Source: Candidatus Micrarchaeia archaeon (lineage in GTDB: Archaea; Micrarchaeota; Micrarchaeia; Burarchaeales; JACRGF01). From it: a stretch of 35,330 bases of DNA. The translations under genes were made by a program, and so were the position numbers. This document shows positions 9,471 to 16,799 of this stretch, in pieces (the stretch's first letter is position 1; each line of letters starts with the position of its first letter). The notes beneath the pieces are model-generated. The model was not told the DNA's origin. It worked only from the letters and a program-made list of their open reading frames with translations, and did not search any database. The stretch is taken from NCBI GenBank assembly GCA_038870455.1, contig JAWCPB010000008.1, forward strand, positions 1-35,330. Direction: 5' to 3'.

Positions 9471-10049
9471 TTGGAGGTGTTTTTGCTGTACCGCGTACTC
9501 ACAGTCAAGGACACCGTGCGCGTGCCGCCCTCTTACTTCGCCATGGCGCTGCCCCAGGCGGTGACGCAGCTCCTGCGCGAGAAGTACGAGCGGAAGGTGG
9601 ACAAGGACCACGGCATTGTGCTCAGCATCTGGAACGCGCGCGACATAAGCGAGGGCAGGGTGATTCCCGGGGACGGCGCGGCATATCACGAGGTCGTTTT
9701 CGATGCGCTCGTGTACGCGCCCGAGGTAAACGAGGTGTTCGAGGGCGAGGTGACTGAGGTGGTCGAGTTCGGCGCTTTCGTGCGCATGGGTCCGCTCGAC
9801 GGCCTCGTCCATCTTTCCCAGATAACCAACGACTTTCTGCACTACGACAAAAAGATTCCGGCTTTCATTGGCAGGGAGAGCAAGAAGACGCTGCGAAAGG
9901 GCGACCACGTGCGTGCCAAGGTCAGCACCGTTTCCCTCAAGGGAAGCATTCCCGAAACCAAAGTGGGCCTGACCATGAGGCCCGAGGGCCTGGGCAAGCT
10001 CGAGTGGCTGGCCGAGAAGGAGGAGAAGCCGAAAAAGAAAAAGGAGTGA
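9471..10049 (+). CDS. rpoE1: DNA-directed RNA polymerase subunit E' (Rpo7)
   Basis: KDTVRVPP, GRVIPGDGAAYH, S1 domain EFGAFVRMGPLDGLVHLSQI and LTMRPEGLGKLEW; exact start uncertain (9471-9486). Confidence 0.95.
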   Translation: MEVFLLYRVLTVKDTVRVPPSYFAMALPQAVTQLLREKYERKVDKDHGIVLSIWNARDISEGRVIPGDGAAYHEVVFDALVYAPEVNEVFEGEVTEVVEFGAFVRMGPLDGLVHLSQITNDFLHYDKKIPAFIGRESKKTLRKGDHVRAKVSTVSLKGSIPETKVGLTMRPEGLGKLEWLAEKEEKPKKKKE

Positions 10050-10053
10050 CGAA

Positions 10054-10242
10054 ATGCCTGAGAAAGCATGCAAGAACTGCCGCCTCATAGTAGCCGAGGG
10101 GGCCAAGTGCCCGAACTGCGGCGGCGAGCTTACCGACAAGTGGAGCTCCTACATCATGGTTTTCGACCCGGCCAAGAGCGAGCTGGCGAAGAAAATCGGC
10201 GCCAAAGTCCCGGGCAAGTACGCCGTCAGGATAAAAATGTAG
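10054..10242 (+). CDS. spt4: transcription elongation factor Spt4 (RpoE'')
   Basis: ACKNC...CPNCG zinc ribbon, SELAKKIG and PGKYAVRI; follows rpoE1. Confidence 0.93.
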   Translation: MPEKACKNCRLIVAEGAKCPNCGGELTDKWSSYIMVFDPAKSELAKKIGAKVPGKYAVRIKM

Positions 10243-10261
10243 TTTTTTATGCTCTTTTTTT
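10243..10261 (+). terminator. oligo-T archaeal terminator
   Basis: TTTTTTATGCTCTTTTTTT immediately after the spt4 stop. Confidence 0.55.
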
Positions 10262-10331
10262 CCATACCTTATGCTGTTAGCTTTTCGCTGCAGCCCCTTC
10301 TCTCCCCCGCAAAGGGAGGCCGTGTGGGAGC

Positions 10332-11474
10332 ATGAAAGTCGCCATGCTAGGGTGGGAATTCCCTCCTTTCGTGAGCGGAGGCCTCGGCGTGCACTGCTTC
10401 GAGCTGACGCGCGCCCTCGCGAAACTCGGCGTTGAAATTGACTTCTTCATGCCCAAGACAGCCATGCCAGTCAGCACTCCTCCGGGAATGCGCGTCATCC
10501 AAGTGGGCCGGGCGCCCTTCGGCCCCTACTCCAGGCCGGCGAGGGGAGCGTCCGAGGCCTACGGATGGGATTTCCTGCAGCAGGCGAGGGCGTACAACGC
10601 CGAGCTGGCAAGGGTTTTGCGCGCGCGCAGGGTCGAAAACTATTCGCTCATCCACAATCACGACTGGATCACGGTGCCCGCGGCCGGCGAGGCCAAGGCC
10701 GCGCTGCGCCTTCCCCTAGTCTTCACCGTGCACAGCACCGAGTACGACCGCACGCCCTGGCCGTGGCAGGAGATCCTGTGCATCGAGAAGGCTGGCCTCG
10801 CTCAGGCAGACCGCGTGATCACCGTGAGCAACCTGATGAAAGGACGCCTGCTCCAGATGGGCGCTGCCGCCGAAAAGATTCGCGTCATCTACAACGGCGT
10901 TGATTTCGCCAAGTTCGAGAAAAAAAAGTTTGTCGACAGGAAAGAAAAAATCGTCCTGTTTCTCGGCAGGCTCGTGGAGCAGAAGGGCCCCCAGACTTTT
11001 CTCCACGCTGCCGCGCGCGTGGCCGCGCTCGAGCCCGACGCGCGTTTTGTCATCATAGGCGATGGCGACCTTCTTCCCTCGCTCATCAGCCAGGCCATCG
11101 CGCTCGGCATCAGCGACCGCGTGTCATTCATGGGTCATGTGCCGGATGAGATACGGCGCGTCGCTTACGCGCGCAGCGACGTTTTCGTCATGCCGAGCGT
11201 GAGCGAGCCTTTCGGCATCGCCGCGCTCGAGGCCATGGCCAGCGGCACCCCATGCATCGTCAGCAAGAGCTCAGGGGTGAGCGAGGCTGCGCGCGCTTGC
11301 CTGAAAGTCGATTTCTGGGACGTAGAGGGCATGGCCGACAAGATATGCAACCTGCTGCGCTATCCTCTCGCGCGCCGTGCGCTCGGCGACATGGAGCTGG
11401 CCGAGGTCAGGGGCTTTTCGTGGGAGCGCACCGCGCGCGACGCCCTAGCTGTTTATAAGGAGGTGGCTAAATAG
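10332..11474 (+). CDS. GT4 glycosyltransferase (glycogen synthase-like)
   Basis: MLGWEFPPFVSGGLG, HNHDW, VHSTEYDR and PSVSEPFGIAALEAMASGTP (EX7E). Confidence 0.9.
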   Translation: MKVAMLGWEFPPFVSGGLGVHCFELTRALAKLGVEIDFFMPKTAMPVSTPPGMRVIQVGRAPFGPYSRPARGASEAYGWDFLQQARAYNAELARVLRARRVENYSLIHNHDWITVPAAGEAKAALRLPLVFTVHSTEYDRTPWPWQEILCIEKAGLAQADRVITVSNLMKGRLLQMGAAAEKIRVIYNGVDFAKFEKKKFVDRKEKIVLFLGRLVEQKGPQTFLHAAARVAALEPDARFVIIGDGDLLPSLISQAIALGISDRVSFMGHVPDEIRRVAYARSDVFVMPSVSEPFGIAALEAMASGTPCIVSKSSGVSEAARACLKVDFWDVEGMADKICNLLRYPLARRALGDMELAEVRGFSWERTARDALAVYKEVAK

Positions 11475-11493
11475 TAGTTTGTGTGGTGGCCGC

Positions 11494-12717
11494 ATGACGA
11501 GAGTGAGCCTGTTCTTTCAAGTGCATCAGCCGCTTCGCCTGAGGCGCTTCAGTCTTTTCGACGCGGGCGCGGACGGCGGGCTGGACCGCTACTTCGACTT
11601 GGCCCTGAACGAGAGGATATTCAAGCGCGTGGCGGACAAGTGCTACATTCCAGCCAACGCCCTGCTGCTCGACCTCATCCACAAGTTTGACGGGCGCTTC
11701 AAGGTCACCTTCAGCCTCACTGGCGTTTTCCTCGAGCAGGCCGCCCGTTTCGACCCGACCGTCCTTGATTCGTTTGAAGAGCTGGCAAAGAGCGGGTGCG
11801 TTGATTTCCTCAGCGAGACCTACTACCACTCGCTCTCGGCGCTCTACTCGGAAAAAGACGAGTTCAGGGAACAGGTCGCCCTTCACCGCAAGGCGCTGTG
11901 CGCGATCGGCGCGCCTCAGCCAGTCGTCTTCCGCAACACCGAAGCGCTGTTTTCAAACGAGATAGCGCGGCTGGCAGAGGCGATGGGTTTTGCCGGCATC
12001 GTCACCGAGGGGTGGGAGAGCTTCCTTGGCTGGCGGAGCCCAAACTACGTCTACAGCGTGAGGGGGTGCGAGCGCATTCGCGCGCTGCTGCGCAACTACA
12101 GGCTGAGCGACGATGTGAGCTACCGCTTTTCCGCCTCCTGGTGGCCCGAGTACCCCCTGACCGCAGACAAGTACGCCGCCTGGCTGGCAGCATGCGGCGG
12201 CGACGTCATCAACCTGTACATGGACTACGAGACTTTCGGCGAGCACCAGTGGCCCGAGACAGGCATCTTCGAGTTCCTGCGTGCCCTGCCGCGCGAGGTT
12301 CTCCGCCATCCCCACCTTTCTTTTGCCACCGCCCGCGAGGCTGCGGCCCTGCCTCCGGTCGGCGAGATTGACGTGCCCCATCCCATCTCGTGGGCCGACA
12401 TGGAGAGGGATGCGAGCGCGTGGCTCGGAAACGACATGCAGAGGGACGTCTTCCGCTTCCTGCAGGAAATCAAGCCGCTGGCGCGCGCCGCGGGCGGCGA
12501 GCACCTGCGCACCTGGCGCCTTCTCCAGTCCAGCGACCACCTCTACTACCTCTGCACGAAGCACTGGGCTGACGGCGACGTGCACAAGTACTTCTCTCCT
12601 TACGACAATCCGTGCGAGGGATACATGAACTTCATGAACATACTGCAGGACTTCAGGTTCAGGCTTGAGAATGAAAAGAAAGGTGTCGGAACCGCTGGTT
12701 CCGATGGAGGTGTATAG
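11494..12717 (+). CDS. GH57 alpha-amylase family glycoside hydrolase
   Basis: FQVHQP, ETYYHSL, FRNTE (nucleophile), YMDYETFGEH (acid/base), SWAD and LQSSDHLYY; ATG at 11494. Confidence 0.92.
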   Translation: MTRVSLFFQVHQPLRLRRFSLFDAGADGGLDRYFDLALNERIFKRVADKCYIPANALLLDLIHKFDGRFKVTFSLTGVFLEQAARFDPTVLDSFEELAKSGCVDFLSETYYHSLSALYSEKDEFREQVALHRKALCAIGAPQPVVFRNTEALFSNEIARLAEAMGFAGIVTEGWESFLGWRSPNYVYSVRGCERIRALLRNYRLSDDVSYRFSASWWPEYPLTADKYAAWLAACGGDVINLYMDYETFGEHQWPETGIFEFLRALPREVLRHPHLSFATAREAAALPPVGEIDVPHPISWADMERDASAWLGNDMQRDVFRFLQEIKPLARAAGGEHLRTWRLLQSSDHLYYLCTKHWADGDVHKYFSPYDNPCEGYMNFMNILQDFRFRLENEKKGVGTAGSDGGV

Positions 12718-12718
12718 C

Positions 12719-13009
12719 ATGGCTGTGGAATGGACTTCCACGCAGAGCGCGGAGAAAAACTGTCCGCCGGGAAAGGAGTTTGTCTTCCGCGAACCGAGTG
12801 GGCGGGAGTGCGGCAGGGCGCGGAACGTGCGGGAGCTGTTCGAGCTGATTCGAAAAGCTCCGCTGAGCTCGGTGTTGTTCCACGCCAACGGCTCGCACTA
12901 CAGCCCTTGGCTCGAGATGCTGGGCGAGAGGGAGCTGGCGCGGAGGTTCAGGAGCGTGAAGGGAAACAGCGAGAGCGTGAGGAGCGCGCTGCTGAGGTTC
13001 AGCAGATAA
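12719..13009 (+). CDS. small DUF5752-like protein
   Basis: KEFVF...ARNVRELFELIRKAPLSSVLFH...HYSPWLEMLGERELA; SD GGAGGTG at 12706-12712 before the ATG at 12719. Confidence 0.65.
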   Translation: MAVEWTSTQSAEKNCPPGKEFVFREPSGRECGRARNVRELFELIRKAPLSSVLFHANGSHYSPWLEMLGERELARRFRSVKGNSESVRSALLRFSR

Positions 13010-13013
13010 CCAT

Positions 13014-13031
13014 TTTCCGAAGATTCGGAAA
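13014..13031. terminator. hairpin between convergent DUF5752 gene and RNase P RNA
   Basis: TTTCCGA-AGAT-TCGGAAA inverted repeat. Confidence 0.35.
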
Positions 13032-13050
13032 GCATTAACGGAAAAGTATA

Positions 13051-13385
13051 GAGCGTGAGGGCCATAGCCTGCCTTTTGTTTTTGGCAGCATTCGACTGAG
13101 CGGCGTCTCAGCGCCTTGCACTCCACATCTCTGCAGCATCGCCGGCGCGTTTAAACTCCGCGGCGGTTCGACGGTCCTCGCGTCATTCCTCCCCGCCCGG
13201 AGTGCCGTTTCTGTTCCGGCTCGGGCCTTAAACCCGTCTGCCTTTTTCGGAGTGGGCAGAACTTCCTCCCTCAGGATCTCGATGACTTCGTCGCTCGCAG
13301 CCCGCTCGCGCGGGGCTCGCTCCCCGTCACGGCATTGGTCCTGATACCTCGATGGGCATCCTGGACAGCTGCCGGCCCCCCGCTC
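13051..13385 (-). ncRNA. rnpB: archaeal RNase P RNA
   Basis: Minus strand shows CR-I GAGGAAGTTCTGCC, CR-II ACAGAAACG, CR-III TAAACG, GGAGTGCAAG, AGTCGAATGCTGCC and CR-V AACAAAAGGCAGGCTAT. P1 GAGCGGGGGGCC/GGCCCTCACGCTC, P2 GGCAGC/GCTGCC, P4 with the bulged U and P5 CACTCC/GGAGTG all pair. Confidence 0.92.
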
Positions 13386-13405
13386 CAAACTCTTATGCGC
13401 AAACT

Positions 13406-13414
13406 AATTTATAT
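13406..13414. promoter_or_regulatory. shared divergent TATA box (rnpB and KaiC-GTPase operon)
   Basis: AATTTATAT reads TTTATA on + and TATAAATT on -, about 20-25 nt from the RNase P 5' end and from the ATG at 13436. Confidence 0.55.
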
Positions 13415-13435
13415 CCATTCCGCGTTGCTCTGTGC

Positions 13436-14611
13436 ATGAGCCTCATCTCCACCGGAGTGCAGAAGCTCAACGACCTGCTCGGCGGGGGCGTGGAGGAGGG
13501 CAGCACGGTGCTCTACAGCGGCGTGCCGGGCATTGACGCGCGCGTGTTCGCGTTCCACGCGCTTCAGGCCACCCTCTCGCGCGGCGGCAAAGGCCTTTAC
13601 TTCACCGACAGTCAGCTGCCCGACGCGGTCCGGCAGGCCGTGAAGAGGATGAACTGGAAGTACTCCTTGTTCGAGCCCATGCCTTTCATCGACGCCTTCA
13701 GCGGAAGCGTCGGCTACGCCTCGAAAGAAAAGTTTTTCGTCAAAAACCCGCTGGACATCGGGGGCGTGAGCGGCGTGGTGGAAAGCGCTTTCCGCGAGCT
13801 CGACGGAAACACGCTCGCGGTGTTCGATTCCGTGTCGAGCCTCATAGACAAGAGGGGGCTCGAGCCCGTGCTCAAGGAAGTCAGGCGATGGGGCGAGCGG
13901 GGAAAGAGCCTGGGCGTAACGGGCCTGTACCTTTTCACGAACTGGAACTACCCAGAGGAGGTCGTTTCAAAAATCTTCGGCGCCTTCGACTACGTGGTCA
14001 CGCTGCGCTCCATAGAGGAGAAAGTCCTGCTGAGAAACTATTTTTCGGTGGTCAAGGCGCCCGGGCCCTTCAGCAAGAGCGCGATTCCATTCCGCGTTGG
14101 CATGGACGGCGTGGCCGTCTACATACCAAAGATTCTCGTGACAGGCCCGTTTCACTCCGGCAAAAGCTCTTTCATTCACGCAGTGAGCGAGCGGGCGGTG
14201 AGCGTTGATCGCCTCGGAACAACCATCGCGCTCGACCACGGCTACCTCGAGCACGGCGGCCTCGCTGTCGATCTGTTCGGCACGCCAGGCCAGGAGAGGT
14301 TCGAGTTCATGATGGACATCCTCAACAGGGACGCGTTCGGCCTCATCCTGCTTGTGGATTCCACAGACCCCGCTTCTTTCCCGCGCGCCAAGGAAATGGC
14401 CGCGCACATCATGCGTTACGCCATCCCCTACGCTGTTGCGGCCAACAAGCAGGACCTGCCCGGAGCGCTTTCAACAGAGGAGATAAGAAAGCTGATGGGC
14501 CTGGGGCCGGAGGTGCCGGTGCTGCCAACGGTCGCGCCGAGCGGCAAGGGATGCCGCGCCGTGCTCGAGGCGCTCATCGACCTCATAATAAGAGGACAAG
14601 CGGGTGGTTGA
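13436..14611 (+). CDS. degenerate KaiC/RAD55-like ATPase fused to C-terminal MglA-like small GTPase
   Basis: N-terminus ISTGVQKLNDLLGGG, broken Walker A GVPGIDAR, VFDSVSSL. C-terminus G1 GPFHSGKS, G2 TTIALD, G3 FGTPGQERF, G4 NKQD. Confidence 0.88.
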   Translation: MSLISTGVQKLNDLLGGGVEEGSTVLYSGVPGIDARVFAFHALQATLSRGGKGLYFTDSQLPDAVRQAVKRMNWKYSLFEPMPFIDAFSGSVGYASKEKFFVKNPLDIGGVSGVVESAFRELDGNTLAVFDSVSSLIDKRGLEPVLKEVRRWGERGKSLGVTGLYLFTNWNYPEEVVSKIFGAFDYVVTLRSIEEKVLLRNYFSVVKAPGPFSKSAIPFRVGMDGVAVYIPKILVTGPFHSGKSSFIHAVSERAVSVDRLGTTIALDHGYLEHGGLAVDLFGTPGQERFEFMMDILNRDAFGLILLVDSTDPASFPRAKEMAAHIMRYAIPYAVAANKQDLPGALSTEEIRKLMGLGPEVPVLPTVAPSGKGCRAVLEALIDLIIRGQAGG

Positions 14612-14613
14612 AC

Positions 14614-15369
14614 ATGCCGATGCCAGAAGGCCTTCCTCCAATGGGTGCTGTTCCAAAAATCCCATTACCCGGTGCAGGAGGTGAGCTGTTGGAGACAGGC
14701 ATTCAAGGACTTGACGCGCTCATAGGAGGCGGCCTCAAGCCCTCTTCAAACGTTCTCCTGCTCGGCCCGCCAGGCACAGAGAAGTTCGTGCTCGGCCTGC
14801 AGTTCGCCTGGCAGGCCTTTGCAAAAAAGCAGCCAGTCATTTACATCACGACAGACCTCGCCCCGCTCGAGATAGAAAACAAGGGAAGCGAGTTCGGCTG
14901 GCGGTTTTTCAGCTACACGAACAAGGGCCTCTCTTTCATCGACTGCTATTCCTGGACGCTGGGCACGCCCCCAGCAGACAGGAAAGACATCCAGGTGCCC
15001 GGGCCCAGCGCGCTCAACGACCTGTCCATCGGCGTGACGCAGGCCATGCAGGAGCACTACAAGCCGCAGCAGAAATCACGCGTCATAATGCAGTCGATTT
15101 CAACCCTCCTCCTGTACAACCCGCCTGAGGTCGTCTTCCGCTTCACGCAGATAACCGGCGCACGCCTCAAGTCGGTTGAGGCGACCACGCTATGGCACCT
15201 CGAGGCCGGCATGCACGACGACAAGACCGTCACGACGCTCAAGCACCTCATGGACGGCGTCATCGAGATAAAGCAGGAGGGCGGAAAGAACTTCCTGCAG
15301 GCGCCCCTGCACGGTCTCAAGGAATGGAAGGAATTCGTTCTGACTCCGCAGGGCATCGCGCTGGCGTGA
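14614..15369 (+). CDS. KaiC/RAD55-like ATPase, degenerate motifs
   Basis: ETGIQGLDALIGGG, Walker A GPPGTEKF, FIDCYSW, Walker B-like VIMQSIS and LKHLMDGVIEI; Pro-rich N-terminus. Confidence 0.85.
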   Translation: MPMPEGLPPMGAVPKIPLPGAGGELLETGIQGLDALIGGGLKPSSNVLLLGPPGTEKFVLGLQFAWQAFAKKQPVIYITTDLAPLEIENKGSEFGWRFFSYTNKGLSFIDCYSWTLGTPPADRKDIQVPGPSALNDLSIGVTQAMQEHYKPQQKSRVIMQSISTLLLYNPPEVVFRFTQITGARLKSVEATTLWHLEAGMHDDKTVTTLKHLMDGVIEIKQEGGKNFLQAPLHGLKEWKEFVLTPQGIALA

Positions 15370-15414
15370 GGAGGAGTTTAAAAAGGGTGCGAGCGAAGCA
15401 TTCTGAGTGATGGC

Positions 15415-15792
15415 ATGGTCGAAGAGGTGAAGATTCAGCTCGAGGACCTGCTGGCCGAGCTCGGCCAAGTGGGCGACATCGAGGCGAGCGCCATAGTCCG
15501 GCGGGACGGCCTCATGATAGCCAGCAACCTCCCCAGCAAAGTGGATTCGCGCACCATCGCGGCCATGAGCGCAGCCCTCGTCGGCACAGCCGAGACGACG
15601 AGCAACGAGCTCCAGCGCGGGGCTTTCCAGCAGGTGATTGTCGAGAGCGAGCTGGGCAAGACAGTCGCGGTGGGCGCCGGCAGCCTCGCAATCCTCGTGT
15701 GCCTCATGAAATCCACGGGCAACCTCGGGCTCGTGCTTCTGTCGATGGACAGGACCGCGAAAAAGATAGAGAAGCTGCTTGAAGGAAGATGA
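15415..15792 (+). CDS. Roadblock/LC7 (MglB-like) protein
   Basis: IEASAIVRRDGLMIASNL, IAAMSAALVG and NLGLVL; TATA-like TTTAAAAA at 15377-15384. Confidence 0.92.
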   Translation: MVEEVKIQLEDLLAELGQVGDIEASAIVRRDGLMIASNLPSKVDSRTIAAMSAALVGTAETTSNELQRGAFQQVIVESELGKTVAVGAGSLAILVCLMKSTGNLGLVLLSMDRTAKKIEKLLEGR

Positions 15793-15801
15793 GGGGAAAC
15801 C

Positions 15802-16026
15802 GTGCGCGAAGACGAATTTGCGGCCATCATTGCGCGGTGCAAGAAAATCATGGGTCCCGTCGCCGAGTCGCTCGCCCAAGAGGCTGCGCGAGAGGCTGGC
15901 GCGAGCGTGGAAGGGGGGAAAATAATCATAGCAAGCGAAGGGCAGTACGCGTCCATCCTCAGCAAATACAAGGAGAAGATGGCGAAGATCGTCGGCGCCC
16001 CTCTTGCAGAAAACCTGGTGAAATAA
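15802..16026 (+). CDS. small hypothetical helical protein
   Basis: GTG after purine-rich GAGGGG; stop overlaps the next ATG (TAATG); internal repeat KKIMGPVAESL / AKIVGAPLAENL. Confidence 0.7.
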   Translation: MREDEFAAIIARCKKIMGPVAESLAQEAAREAGASVEGGKIIIASEGQYASILSKYKEKMAKIVGAPLAENLVK

Positions 16027-16766
16027 TGCCCGCCAAGAAAGAGGAGGAGTTCAAGGAAGAGCCGCGCGTGGCCAGCGGCATTCCCGGCCTAGACGAGCTC
16101 ATCGAAGGAGGCTTTGAGCGCCGCAGCGTGGTGCTCGTTGCCGGCGAGGCCGGATGCGGGAAGTCGACTTTCGCGCTCCAGTTTCTTTACAACGGCGCGA
16201 CAAAATTCGGCGAGCCCGGCCTGTACATCACTTTCGAGGAGCAGAAGCGCGCGGTCTTCAGGCACTACCTTCGCTTCGGCTGGAACTTTCCCGAGCTCGA
16301 GAAGCAGAAGAAGGTCAGCGTCGCCGAATACCCTCCTCACGAGGTCGACAAGTTCATCAGCGAGGGCGGCATCATCGAGGACCTCATCAAGGACAATGGC
16401 ATCCAGCGCGTCGTCATGGACAGCATGACTTCGTTCGCCCTGCTTTACGAGAACGAGTACAAGCGCAGGAGCGCTTTCATGAAGGCCATGGAGCAGCTGA
16501 GGCGATGGGGCTGCACCACCCTGCTGACGAGCGAGGCGGAGGCCGCGCGCGCCGGCGAGCTGCGCGTGCGCTTCGGCATGGAGTTCCTCGCCGACGGCTT
16601 CATCGCCATCCACACGATAAGAAAGGGCGACGTGCGCGACAACGCGCTCGAGGTTGTCAAGCTGCGCGGCACCGAGCACATCAAGCGCCTTGTGCCGCTC
16701 AAGATAACAAAGACAGGCATCGTGCTGTACCCAAAGCAGCCCGTTTTCGGCGAGAAGGCTTTCTGA
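16026..16766 (+). CDS. KaiC-like ATPase with intact catalytic motifs
   Basis: SGIPGLDELIEGG, Walker A GEAGCGKST, ITFEE, Walker B VVMDS and VKLRGTEH (Arg finger). Confidence 0.92.
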   Translation: MPAKKEEEFKEEPRVASGIPGLDELIEGGFERRSVVLVAGEAGCGKSTFALQFLYNGATKFGEPGLYITFEEQKRAVFRHYLRFGWNFPELEKQKKVSVAEYPPHEVDKFISEGGIIEDLIKDNGIQRVVMDSMTSFALLYENEYKRRSAFMKAMEQLRRWGCTTLLTSEAEAARAGELRVRFGMEFLADGFIAIHTIRKGDVRDNALEVVKLRGTEHIKRLVPLKITKTGIVLYPKQPVFGEKAF

Positions 16767-16799
16767 AACAATTTTAAGGCTGCCATGCAAACGCTTTTC

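Noticed and set aside
12972-13060. 11-bp direct repeat AGAGCGTGAGG in the DUF5752 gene and at the RNase P 3' end, as a possible att site
   Set aside because: Short, under 80 bp apart, no integrase nearby; compatible with chance
13035-13388. 117-aa minus-strand ORF
   Set aside because: Coincides with the RNase P RNA, whose conserved regions and helices explain the sequence; no protein motif
13436-16766. Circadian clock (kaiABC) or RadA/RadB interpretation
   Set aside because: Single-domain proteins, no kaiA/kaiB, canonical phosphosites absent, no RadA N-terminal domain
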